This document shows, piece by piece, positions 17,927 to 26,542 of a stretch of 64,000 nt of DNA. Below the pieces are notes generated by a model, which was not told the DNA's origin, did no database searches, and was given only the letters and a program-made list of their open reading frames with translations. How positions within the stretch are numbered: position 1 is the first letter of the stretch; the number at the start of each line of letters is the position of its first letter. The translations under genes and the position numbers were made by a program. The DNA is from Terriglobia bacterium (GTDB taxonomy: Bacteria > Acidobacteriota > Terriglobia > JAJPHL01 > JAPKYU01): assembly GCA_965206645.1 (NCBI GenBank), contig CBDBKE010000004.1:1541552-1605551 (forward strand), in the 5' to 3' direction.

Positions 17927-18919
17927 TCACAAAATGACCCGCTGCTCTTCTACTGCCTGTTCATCCCAGGCCACTAGCTCGGTTCGGCCGTTGGCTTCCC
18001 GGCGGAAGATGGCGCGCACCGACGCTCGCGTGGCTGAGCCGCGGAGCCGGCCCGTGGCAGTCAGGGTGAACAGGTCCGAGATTCGATAGATTCCAAGGTG
18101 GGGCAAAGCCTCTGCGGGGATCGAAATTGGCAACTCGGTCAGGCTTTGGTAGAGCTTTTCCCGGCGTCCGGCGACGACTGCACGTACCCGCTCCTGGTCC
18201 ATGCCCGGCACGCTCAGCAACGCCTCGTAGGGAGCGTAGTTCACATCCAGCCTTGCGAAGTTCCCATACACCGTCAGCAGGCGGTTGAACCCGCCCCGCC
18301 GAACCAGCCGGTCATCCGCGTCGCGCTCCATCCAGCCGTAGAACAACTCTGGCGTGACCCCCTTGACCAACAGCAGTTCTTCGACCCGCTGGAAGGGCTG
18401 GTGCGCTGCCTGGTAGGGCTGCGCCAGACCGGCGTAAAACTGGTCAAAGACGCTCCCGACGCTCGAGGTGGCCGGCGCACGCCAATCGGCAATGGCCCGA
18501 GTGATCTCCCGGACGTCCATGTTCCCCACCCCGGCGGCTTGAAACAGCGTTTGCAGCCGCTCCACCGGGGCGGTGTTGACGTTCAGCTTGCCTGCTTCGG
18601 AGGCCACCCGGACGCGCGCCGTCCCGGTAGCGTAGGAAAACTCCAGGTAGGGCCGAGTGGGTTCGTAAAGCAATTTTTGTTCCGCGTCCCGCAAGCCGGG
18701 GGTTTGTACCAAGTAGAGCGCCTGTTCCAGAGCCCCGCGCGCCAGGAAGCGGCCTTGCTCAGCTTCCAGGCGGTAGCGGGTGGCGGCCAGCTCGGTTCGC
18801 ACCGAAAGAGCCAGCGCCAGTGCTACCAGCGACAGTGCAGCCGTCAGCCACATGACGAGCAACAAGACGGCGCCTTGCTCCGAATTCGAGCTCGGACTCC
18901 GGCCCACCGACTTTGGCAT
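17927..18919 (-). CDS. gspK: Type II secretion minor pseudopilin GspK
   Basis: Start MPKSVGRSP...GAVLLLVMWLTAALSLVALALALS matches the GspK N-terminus. GspK-like domain with helix-hairpin-helix region. The longer ORF to 19126 is an artefact. Confidence 0.75.
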   Translation of the reverse strand: MPKSVGRSPSSNSEQGAVLLLVMWLTAALSLVALALALSVRTELAATRYRLEAEQGRFLARGALEQALYLVQTPGLRDAEQKLLYEPTRPYLEFSYATGTARVRVASEAGKLNVNTAPVERLQTLFQAAGVGNMDVREITRAIADWRAPATSSVGSVFDQFYAGLAQPYQAAHQPFQRVEELLLVKGVTPELFYGWMERDADDRLVRRGGFNRLLTVYGNFARLDVNYAPYEALLSVPGMDQERVRAVVAGRREKLYQSLTELPISIPAEALPHLGIYRISDLFTLTATGRLRGSATRASVRAIFRREANGRTELVAWDEQAVEEQRVIL

Positions 18920-18921
18920 TT

Positions 18922-19644
18922 TCACCGGCTCGCTCCGGCGATGCTCAAGCGCGCATAGAGGGGCACCGGCTCCAGGCCCCTCCACATGGCTTCTTTCGCG
19001 CCCACCTGTAGGGCGACTGCCGAGGGCATCTCCCTGCGATTCAATAACGACCAGGAAGATACCCACCGTGCCAGATCGGGCCGTTCGTGCCGGTACTGGA
19101 ACCGGCACTCGCGGAGTCCTTCCCACAGCAGCAGGGCCCGCTCTGTGTCAAAGGGCCGCAGCTGCGGTTGGTCCCCTTCCGGAGTGCGGAGCAAGTTCAC
19201 CACCACGCCAGCCAGCTGCTCGCCGTCCAAGGCCTGCCGCTCCTCGAGCCACAGCTTCCAGGTCCGGTCACGTTGCCGCTGGGCGAAGTAGTCGGCCACC
19301 ACGATGCCTCCCCGCCCGCGCTCCAGCGCCGAATACGAGGTGAGAAAGACCAGGCGGCGCTCCTCGGCAAAGAAGAACGGCATCTGCTGGCGCCGGTTGG
19401 GTGACTCCACCACGATGTTCCGCAGCAGGTGATTGGAAAGCTGGAAATGTAGAATGTCCTCCACCTGGGTCACCCGGCGCAACTGCAGAACCGCCTGCTG
19501 CCCCTTCTCCCAGGCCCGCAGGCCTATCCGCAGCGAGGTGAGAGCCGCGACAGCTACCAGGCCGGCGATGGTGGTGGCGGCCATCAGCTCCAGCAGCGTC
19601 AGTCCCGCGCTGCGTTGCTTACTGCGCTGGCAGTTGTGGTTCAT
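18922..19644 (-). CDS. gspJ: Type II secretion minor pseudopilin GspJ
   Basis: Prepilin N-terminus AG|LTLLELMAATTIAGLVAVAA. Size and order (after gspI, before gspK) fit GspJ. Confidence 0.7.
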   Translation of the reverse strand: MNHNCQRSKQRSAGLTLLELMAATTIAGLVAVAALTSLRIGLRAWEKGQQAVLQLRRVTQVEDILHFQLSNHLLRNIVVESPNRRQQMPFFFAEERRLVFLTSYSALERGRGGIVVADYFAQRQRDRTWKLWLEERQALDGEQLAGVVVNLLRTPEGDQPQLRPFDTERALLLWEGLRECRFQYRHERPDLARWVSSWSLLNRREMPSAVALQVGAKEAMWRGLEPVPLYARLSIAGASR

Positions 19645-20086
19645 ATTTACAGGTCTCGAATGTGGCGCGTTGCTCTCCGCTGGCGCCTTTCCAGAACACC
19701 GTCAGGGTCACCAGCACCAGAGGCGGCAGCGCCACCTGCTGTTCGGCGGAGGCGGCAGGATTCCAGCGCCGAATTTCCGCCTCCCAGCGAAACGTTTCAT
19801 CCCACCGCCCGGCAACGCGACCGGGCACCAGCGTCTGCTCTATGAGCAGGCGGTTCAATTGCGCGCGCCCCACCAGCGTCGCTTTCTCGTAAGCCTCCGT
19901 GCGCGCCAGGTTGCGCAGCGAGCCGGAAAGCCCGCTCATCAACGCGGCTACAGCAATGCCCAACAGCGCCATGGCGACCAACACTTCCAGCAAGGTGAAC
20001 CCATGAGTTGGAGGTTGCCGGACCTGGATGGAGGCTCTTCCTCCACCGCTGCTTCCAACATCTCGAACCGCAGGCCCAAAACCCAT
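19619..20086 (-). CDS. gspI: Type II secretion minor pseudopilin GspI
   Basis: Prepilin motif HG|FTLLEVLVAMALLGIAVAAL, ~155 aa. Start at 20086 overlaps the gspH stop. The upstream in-frame extension is an artefact. Confidence 0.7.
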   Translation of the reverse strand: MGFGPAVRDVGSSGGGRASIQVRQPPTHGFTLLEVLVAMALLGIAVAALMSGLSGSLRNLARTEAYEKATLVGRAQLNRLLIEQTLVPGRVAGRWDETFRWEAEIRRWNPAASAEQQVALPPLVLVTLTVFWKGASGEQRATFETCKYEPQLPAQ

Positions 20087-20601
20087 CAGCGCTCCCACTC
20101 CACGCGGGGCAGTGCCGTCAGCACATCGAACTTCACCGTGACGGCGCGGCCGCGGGCATTGATCAGCCGCAGTCTCACTTGGGGCGCCCCCCCGTTGGGC
20201 GGGAAAATAAAGGTGCGCATACGTCTTGGCTCGACCACGATTTCTGGAGGCAACTGCCAGCTCCGCCGGTAGGACGGCTCCCCGCTGGCTGTGGCCCCTC
20301 CCAGGTCCTCCAACTCGACCCGGCGCCGTTCCGAATCCACCGTCACCTGGCAGACGGTCTGTTGACGCAAGGCGCGCACGCGGGCGTAGCGGAAGGTGTT
20401 CGCCAGCCGGTCGGCGGCCGACTTCAGCCGCAACGTATCCAGACCGGCAGTCACGCTGGGGAACACGATGGCTCCCAGCACGGCGATGATCGTCAGCACG
20501 ACCACCATCTCCAGCAGCGTGATGCCGCGACAATGGAGACAGGCCTCGCGGCCTGTCCGGACCGTCGTGACACTTAACCTAGCGCGTCCAGCTCGCCACA
20601 T
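20086..20601 (-). CDS. gspH: Type II secretion minor pseudopilin GspH
   Basis: Prepilin motif RG|ITLLEMVVVLTIIAVLGAIVFP, ~170 aa. Order G-H-I-J-K. Confidence 0.65.
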   Translation of the reverse strand: MWRAGRARLSVTTVRTGREACLHCRGITLLEMVVVLTIIAVLGAIVFPSVTAGLDTLRLKSAADRLANTFRYARVRALRQQTVCQVTVDSERRRVELEDLGGATASGEPSYRRSWQLPPEIVVEPRRMRTFIFPPNGGAPQVRLRLINARGRAVTVKFDVLTALPRVEWER

Positions 20602-21076
20602 CGCTGTCTTCGCCCTCTCCGCCTTCTCTCCCGTCAGCACCGTGGGAAAGGATGTCGGGCTCTTCGCCGTGCTCGCCCGGGTACCGGTAGACATAGGGCT
20701 GCCCCCAGGGATCGTCCGGGATGTCCTGGGGCAGGTAAGGACCGTCCCAGCGCTCCACTTCGGCGGGTTTGACCCGGAGAGCTTCGAGTCCCTGCTCGGT
20801 GGTGGGAAACCTCCCAGTGTCCAGCTTGTAAATGCCCAGGGCGGTCATGAAGCCGTTCATTTGTTCCCGAGTCGCGGTCTGCTTGGCAGCGCTGACTTTC
20901 TTCCACATGCGTGGCAGCACCAGCGCGCTGAACAGGCCGATGATGGTCACCACCACCAGCAGTTCAATCAGCGTGACCCCGCGCTCACCGGCCTGGCCGC
21001 CGAGGCGCGGAGGTACAGAGGTAAGGTTTTTTGCCGGTACGGTTGCGACTTCACCCTCAGATTGGTTTTTCTTCAT
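20579..21076 (-). CDS. gspG: Type II secretion major pseudopilin GspG
   Basis: RG|VTLIELLVVVTIIGLFSALVLP with the GspG hallmark C-terminal region (GPYLPQDIPDDPWGQPYVYRYPGEHGE..DILSHGADG). AGAGGAG RBS before the ATG at 21076. Confidence 0.9.
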   Translation of the reverse strand: MKKNQSEGEVATVPAKNLTSVPPRLGGQAGERGVTLIELLVVVTIIGLFSALVLPRMWKKVSAAKQTATREQMNGFMTALGIYKLDTGRFPTTEQGLEALRVKPAEVERWDGPYLPQDIPDDPWGQPYVYRYPGEHGEEPDILSHGADGREGGEGEDSDVASWTR

Positions 21077-21094
21077 GGGGTTGCTCCTCTGCGC

Positions 21095-21170
21095 CTCTGT
21101 GTGTCTATGTCGTATACCTCTGTGTCGCATGCCGCTGTGTCGTATGCCTCCGCGTCTTATGTCCCTGCGG
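21095..21170. repeat. Four imperfect direct repeats of ~TGTGTCGYATGCC in the gspF-gspG intergenic region
   Basis: Read directly: tgtgtctatgtcgtatacc / tgtgtcgcatgcc / ctgtgtcgtatgcc / cgtcttatgtccc. Confidence 0.4.
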
Positions 21171-21175
21171 CTCTC

Positions 21176-22390
21176 CTACAGCGGGACATCATTGATGCTG
21201 ACGATGCCCAACAACATAGACAGCACCATCCCCCCGACCAGCAACCCCATGACCAGGATCACCAGCGGCTCAAACAGGGCCGTGGCGCGCTTGATCGCAT
21301 CCCGGGTGTCTTTGTCGTAAATATCAGCCATGCGCTGGAACATGGTATCCAACCTGCCAGTCTCTTCACCGACGGTGAGCAGGTGTCCCGCCAAGGGTGG
21401 GAAGGCACCGGTCTTCCGCAGCGGCCCGGCCAGACCCTCGCCGCGCTGCACGCCCTTGGCGACCGCCGTCAGCGACTCTTCCATCACAACGTTGCCCAGC
21501 AGCCCCTTCACGATTTTCAAAGACTGCAGCAGCGGCACGCCGTTGGCCAGCAGCGTGGCCATGGTGCGGGCGAACCGCGCCGTCTCCACTTTGCGGAACA
21601 CGTCGCCGGCCAGCGGCAGCTTCAGCTTCCACGCGTGCCAGCGCCGCCGGCCGGCGGGAGTACGTACGTAGTAACGGGCGCCAACAATCAGGGCCGCGAG
21701 GACCAGCGCCGCCATCCAGCCGTAGCGGTGGATCAGGTCGCTGGCCGCCAGCAGCAGGTAGGTGGGCGTGGGCACGGGGACGCCCGATTCGGAAAAGACC
21801 TGCGCGAATCTGGGAATCACGTAATGCATCATCACAAAGATCGAGCCCACCCCGACCAGCGCCAGCAGCAGCGGGTAGATCATCGCCGAGATCAGGTAGC
21901 CGCGCAGCTCGTCGGAGGAGCTCTCCAACTCCGCCAGCCGCTCTAGCGAAACGCCGAGAGCACCAGACGCCTCACCGGCGCGGATCATGTTCCGGTACAG
22001 ATCGGAAAACACCTGCGGGCGCGTCTCCAGGCTGTCGCCCAGCGACTTGCCCCCCTTCAGCTCCTGCAGGACGTCGGTAATGACGCTGCGGAATGTTTTC
22101 CGTTCCGTCAGCTCGGCGCAAATGGAAAGCGCGCGGTCCAGCGGCAGCCCGGAATTGACCAGCGTGGAAAGCTCCTGGGTGAAGAAGAGCCGGTCACGCG
22201 AGCGCACGCGCCCCCGGGTGAGCCACGGCAGCGGCAAGCCCGCCGCGGCTGGCTGCCTGCTACCGATGTAGACCGGCACCAGCCCCCGTCGCTGCAACTC
22301 GCGGGCGATGGCCTTCTCAGTCGCTCCGGAAAGAGCGCCCTGAGCGGGTTTGCCCGCCATCGTGACCGCGCGATAGAAATACTCAGGCAT
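21176..22390 (-). CDS. gspF: Type II secretion inner-membrane platform protein GspF
   Basis: ~400 aa with two GspF/PilC-type repeats and 3 TM segments. Follows gspE. Confidence 0.9.
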   Translation of the reverse strand: MPEYFYRAVTMAGKPAQGALSGATEKAIARELQRRGLVPVYIGSRQPAAAGLPLPWLTRGRVRSRDRLFFTQELSTLVNSGLPLDRALSICAELTERKTFRSVITDVLQELKGGKSLGDSLETRPQVFSDLYRNMIRAGEASGALGVSLERLAELESSSDELRGYLISAMIYPLLLALVGVGSIFVMMHYVIPRFAQVFSESGVPVPTPTYLLLAASDLIHRYGWMAALVLAALIVGARYYVRTPAGRRRWHAWKLKLPLAGDVFRKVETARFARTMATLLANGVPLLQSLKIVKGLLGNVVMEESLTAVAKGVQRGEGLAGPLRKTGAFPPLAGHLLTVGEETGRLDTMFQRMADIYDKDTRDAIKRATALFEPLVILVMGLLVGGMVLSMLLGIVSINDVPL

Positions 22391-22399
22391 CTTTCAAAT

Positions 22400-22476
22400 T
22401 GACTCATTGACGACTGGTTCATTGACGATTGTCAAAATCAGCCTTCCACAATCGTCAATGACTCAATCGTCAATCT
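22400..22476. promoter_or_regulatory. Nested inverted repeats built from four ATTGACGA/TCGTCAAT units. The inner 12-bp perfect IR is CATTGACGATTG...CAATCGTCAATG
   Basis: Read directly in the gspE-gspF intergenic spacer. Confidence 0.45.
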
Positions 22477-22488
22477 AACAATCTTCCC

Positions 22489-24126
22489 TCACACGTCCTG
22501 GGTCACCCGAACCACTTCCTCCACTGTGGTCACGCCCCGATAGACCTTGTCCCAGCCGTCCTCTTTCAAGGTGCGCATTCCGTTGCTTTGGGCAGCGGCG
22601 GCCAGCATCTTGGCGTCGGCGTTCTCGACCATCAGGCGGCGAATCTCGTCGTTCACATCCATCAGCTCAAGGATGCCCTGGCGCCCGCGGTAGCCGATGT
22701 GGGAACAGCGATCGCAGCCGGCGCCGCGATACACCGGTTGGTCGAGCGCCGCCTGGCGCTCATCCACCACCCGGCAGTGCGGGCAAATCACGCGCACCAG
22801 TCGCTGGGCCAGCACCGCCAGCAGCGAGGAGGAGATCAGGTAGTTCTCCACGCCCATGTCGGTCAGCCGGGTGACGGCGCTGGGCGCGTCATTGGTGTGC
22901 AGGGTGGAGAAGACCAGGTGGCCGGTCAGTGCGGCGCGGATGGCGATCTCGGCCGTTTCCAGGTCCCGAATCTCCCCGACCATGATCACGTCCGGGTCCT
23001 GGCGCACGATGTGGCGCAGGCCGGCGGCAAACGTCAGCCCGATCTGCGGATTGACGTGGATCTGGTTGATGCCGTCCATCTGGTATTCCACCGGGTCCTC
23101 GATGGTGATGATCTTCTTGTCGGGCAGATTGATGCGCTTCAGGACCGAGTACAGAGTGGTGGACTTGCCGCTGCCAGTCGGTCCGGTCACCAAGAAAATC
23201 CCATGCGGCTGCGAGCTGAGGCGCTCCACGCGCGTCATCATCGATTCGGGAAAGCCCAGGCTGGGGAGTTCATAGAAGTCGCCGGCGGAGCGGTCCAGCA
23301 GGCGCATCACGACGCTTTCACCGTGGAGGGTAGGCAGGGTGGAGACGCGCAGGTCAAGCTCCTTGCCCAGCGTCCGCAGCTGAATGCGGCCGTCCTGGGG
23401 CAGGCGGCGCTCGGCGATGTTGAGCCGCGCCATCAGTTTCAGGCGCGAGATCACCGCCGCGCGCAACTCGCGCGGCGGCGCGTCCACGTTATACAGCACG
23501 CCGTCAATGCGGTAGCGCACGCGGAACTGCTTCTCGAAGGGTTCCAGGTGGATGTCGGAAGCGCGCTGTTCGACGGCCCGCGCGATCAGGTTGTTCACCA
23601 GCCGGATCACCGGAGCTTCGCTGGCCATGTCGCGCAACTGCTCGATATCCTCGGTCTCGACGCCGACGGCGGCCTCTCCGCTCTCGGAGCCAGCGCCCTC
23701 CTCCTCGCCCGGGAAGTATTTCTCCAGAGCCGCAAGAATCTCCGTCTCGGGCGCCAGCAGCGCGCGCACGTTCAGCTTGGTGTAGAGTCGGACCGCGGAG
23801 ATGGTTTCAAAGTCGAGGGGGTCGGCCATGGCCAGCGTCACGGTGGAATCCTCCACCACTAGGGGCAGAAAACGGAACTGGCGCATGAAGCGGGCCGAAA
23901 GGCCCTCGATGGCAGGCGACACGGCTGGAAACTCGGCTGCCGGAACGATGGGGATTTCCAGCTGTTCGGAAAGCGCGGCCAGCACGTCGCGCGCGGCCAC
24001 GTAGCCCAGGTCCGAGAGGATCTTGCCCAGCTTGTCGCGCCGCATCGACTGCACTGCCAGGGCTTTGTCGAGTTCCTCGGCCTCCAGCTGCTCTCGCTCC
24101 ACCAGGATTTCGCCCAGCCGCCGCAT
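22489..24126 (-). CDS. gspE: Type II secretion ATPase GspE
   Basis: Walker A GPTGSGKSTTL, Asp box, His box and a C-terminal tetracysteine motif (CPHC...CDRC). N-terminal N1E domain. Confidence 0.9.
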   Translation of the reverse strand: MRRLGEILVEREQLEAEELDKALAVQSMRRDKLGKILSDLGYVAARDVLAALSEQLEIPIVPAAEFPAVSPAIEGLSARFMRQFRFLPLVVEDSTVTLAMADPLDFETISAVRLYTKLNVRALLAPETEILAALEKYFPGEEEGAGSESGEAAVGVETEDIEQLRDMASEAPVIRLVNNLIARAVEQRASDIHLEPFEKQFRVRYRIDGVLYNVDAPPRELRAAVISRLKLMARLNIAERRLPQDGRIQLRTLGKELDLRVSTLPTLHGESVVMRLLDRSAGDFYELPSLGFPESMMTRVERLSSQPHGIFLVTGPTGSGKSTTLYSVLKRINLPDKKIITIEDPVEYQMDGINQIHVNPQIGLTFAAGLRHIVRQDPDVIMVGEIRDLETAEIAIRAALTGHLVFSTLHTNDAPSAVTRLTDMGVENYLISSSLLAVLAQRLVRVICPHCRVVDERQAALDQPVYRGAGCDRCSHIGYRGRQGILELMDVNDEIRRLMVENADAKMLAAAAQSNGMRTLKEDGWDKVYRGVTTVEEVVRVTQDV

Positions 24127-24731
24127 CAGAATTGCCGTAAGCTGATCACCCTGGCCAGCCCTGCCGACCCGGGCTTGCGCCCCCCATCTTGCAGCTCCAG
24201 CAGGGCCTGGCGTTGCGCCTGCAGGACCACCTGGCCGGGAATTTCCGGGTAAGGCCGGGGATTGAACAGGTGAATGACCAAGGCCAGATTCTCCTCCGCG
24301 CCCAGTTGCGTTAGCCCGGCGCTTTCAGCCAGAAGCAGATCCCGGAGCCTGGATTGCAACTGTTGCAGCCTCTTCCGCTTCTGCTCTCGTTCGGTTTCCA
24401 GCTCCTTCTCCGAGAAGGCAGTCGGCGCAAAGGGGGAAATAAAGCGCATCGGGTAGAGGTTCACTTCCGCATGAACCATGACTCCGAATCCGGCGAGATA
24501 GACGCTCTTCGGTTCCTGAAGAACGGCAAACGGCCGGTTCCCGAACATCTGCTGCAGGGAAGTGTTTACAGCGCGCTCCAATTGCAGCATCTGCCGCTTC
24601 AGTTCCGCTTGCTTCTTGCCAGTCGCAGTGGCCTGCGACTGCGGGACGGCAACCCACAGCGCCGCCCCCACGGCGAGCAGAGTCGCCAGATAAATCCGCA
24701 ATCCGAAATTCGCAATCTGCAATCGTTTCAT
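24126..24731 (-). CDS. Secreted hypothetical protein with signal peptide, co-operonic between the anti-sigma factor and gspE
   Basis: N-terminal signal MKRLQIANFGLRIYLATLLAVGAALWVA. No recognisable domain. Its stop overlaps the gspE start. Confidence 0.5.
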   Translation of the reverse strand: MKRLQIANFGLRIYLATLLAVGAALWVAVPQSQATATGKKQAELKRQMLQLERAVNTSLQQMFGNRPFAVLQEPKSVYLAGFGVMVHAEVNLYPMRFISPFAPTAFSEKELETEREQKRKRLQQLQSRLRDLLLAESAGLTQLGAEENLALVIHLFNPRPYPEIPGQVVLQAQRQALLELQDGGRKPGSAGLARVISLRQF

Positions 24732-25417
24732 GGCCGTTCACCTTTCTCCGCCGGCAGACGGCTGGCTACCATCTCCAGCGCCAGACGATTCCGGTCGGCA
24801 TCCTTATAAAAAATGGTCTGGGTCCGCTCAAAGTACCTCATTTGTTCGGCCAGCGAAGCGAACGCTGCCCGTTGGCGTCGTTCCAGTTGCGCGGACGCGG
24901 TTCCGATGAGCGCCTCGGCTTCCGCCTGCTGCCGCGCTTCGCTCTGGCGAACGGCAGCGTCCACCAGCCCCGCCACTTGCTCGCGGCTCAAGCCCGCTGA
25001 TACCGGGCCGGCGGATGCAGAGCCAGTCGCCGGCGCCGCTCTCTGCTGGGAGGCGCCGAAGGCAATCTCCCACCGTTCCTGCTCCAGGACGACCCGCACG
25101 CGGGCCAGCGCCAGTGCCCCAACCAGCAGAGCGACAGCCGCGGCCACTCCCACCGGCACAGCAAAGGCGCGCCGCCATAATCCACTGCGTCCGAACAGAC
25201 CTGCCTCCTGGCTTGCGCCCACGAATGCAATGCGCCGTGGCACTTCCTCCTGCGGCAGGCCCTGGACGAGAAGCTTCCGCGCCAGGTCCAGATCGGTCAG
25301 CTGGGCCCGGCAGGCATCGCACACCTGCAGGTGCTCCTGTACCTGTTTCCGTTCGACCGGACCGGCCTCGGCCAGCGCCAGGTCCATTAGTATTTGTTTT
25401 GCTTGTCCGCACGTCAT
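24728..25417 (-). CDS. Anti-sigma factor (zf-HC2 type) with one transmembrane segment
   Basis: HLQVCDACRAQL zinc-binding motif, then TM AVPVGVAAAVALLVGALALA, then a periplasmic domain. Immediately downstream of the ECF sigma gene. Confidence 0.75.
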   Translation of the reverse strand: MTCGQAKQILMDLALAEAGPVERKQVQEHLQVCDACRAQLTDLDLARKLLVQGLPQEEVPRRIAFVGASQEAGLFGRSGLWRRAFAVPVGVAAAVALLVGALALARVRVVLEQERWEIAFGASQQRAAPATGSASAGPVSAGLSREQVAGLVDAAVRQSEARQQAEAEALIGTASAQLERRQRAAFASLAEQMRYFERTQTIFYKDADRNRLALEMVASRLPAEKGERP

Positions 25418-25496
25418 GACTCACCTCCTGCCCGCCGTAAGGGCAGGCAGCGCAGCCTCTCCGGCTGGACAGCAACAACGCCTGTCCAGGGGGTGG

Positions 25497-26147
25497 CTAG
25501 TGGTTGTGAAAGGCAGCCCGCGTCGCCACATCCTCGCCGAGAGCGTGCTTCAGTTGCTCGAACCCGGCGTAGACGCGGGATTTCACTGTGCTGAGGGGAC
25601 AGGAGAGGATTTCGGCAATTTCGGCGAACTTAAAGCCGTGAATCACCTTGAGCAGCAGGGCCTGGCGTTGCTCGAAGGGAAGCTCCTCCAGGGCGCGGGC
25701 GACTATCAACTCCAGCTCCAGCGGGTACAGGCGCGGACCAGCGCCCAATACCACCTGAGCCTCGCCCCGCGAGGTAATTTCCCTTTCGCCCTCCTCCGGC
25801 CAACCGTCCGAATCAGTCCGGGCCGAATCAGCCCAGGCCGAATCAGCCTGGGGGCGGCGTCCGTCAGTGCGGAACTTCGAGCAGGCCAGGTTATGCGCGA
25901 TCCGGAAGAGCCACTGGGGGAACTTCTCGGCATCGCCGAGCTTGACCAGGCCGCGGTAAGCCTTCAGAAAGGCTTCCTGCGCCAAGTCCTGGGCGTCTTC
26001 CCGGTTGCCGGTGGTACGCAGTAAGTAGTTGTACAGCTTCTTTTCCCAACGGGATACAAGGACGTTATAGGCGTCCACCTCCCCGTGGGCCGCGCGGTCC
26101 ACCAGCTCGCTATCCTCTGCCGTCCGAAACAGCAAATGGGCTCCCAC
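25497..26147 (-). CDS. ECF (sigma-24 / RpoE-like) RNA polymerase sigma factor
   Basis: Region 2 (DAQDLAQEAFLKAYRGL) and region 4 (EELPFEQRQALLLKVIHGFKFAEIAEILSCPLSTVKSRV). Contains an internal 15-nt x3 tandem repeat in the linker (25804-25850). Confidence 0.85.
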   Translation of the reverse strand: MGAHLLFRTAEDSELVDRAAHGEVDAYNVLVSRWEKKLYNYLLRTTGNREDAQDLAQEAFLKAYRGLVKLGDAEKFPQWLFRIAHNLACSKFRTDGRRPQADSAWADSARTDSDGWPEEGEREITSRGEAQVVLGAGPRLYPLELELIVARALEELPFEQRQALLLKVIHGFKFAEIAEILSCPLSTVKSRVYAGFEQLKHALGEDVATRAAFHNH

Positions 26148-26542
26148 TTGGTCAGACGCCGCCGAAGCTCAAAAAGTCGAACCCGCCGGCCGAAAGGTTG
26201 ATAGGGAGTATACCACGCGCCCGATCAGCCCACGGGGCGTTCCAATGCCCGATTCTGGATCCCCGAAGGTCACCGCGGAAGGCCTATGTATAGCCGTTAG
26301 TTGGCTTTGTATTGCAGTACATCCCCGGGTTGCAGTTTCTGATAGAGTGGGAGGGTGAGCCGAACGCTGCCAACGCTTTCGCCTGGGGTGGCCACTGGGC
26401 ACTGGCAAGCCGGAGGCTGCGGTCGCGATGGGCCGCCCGTTCAGGAAGCAAGCTGAGGAAGCACCAGTGAGTGAGCCGATGAAACGCCTGCCTCCCCCAG
26501 CGCATCCATATTAGGAAGCCCCTTAGGAAGCATGGAGAGATC

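Noticed and set aside
16660-17937. 425-aa ORF on the plus strand
   Set aside because: Fully antisense to gspL. Arg/Gly/Ala-rich low-complexity translation. No start context.
19127-20533. Long N-terminal extensions of gspK, gspI and gspH ORFs
   Set aside because: Prepilin leader-peptide motifs and overlapping stop/start codons place the true starts at 18919, 20086 and 20601. The extensions overlap the upstream genes out of frame.
22588-23862. 424-aa ORF on the plus strand
   Set aside because: Antisense to gspE, whose Walker motifs confirm the minus-strand frame.
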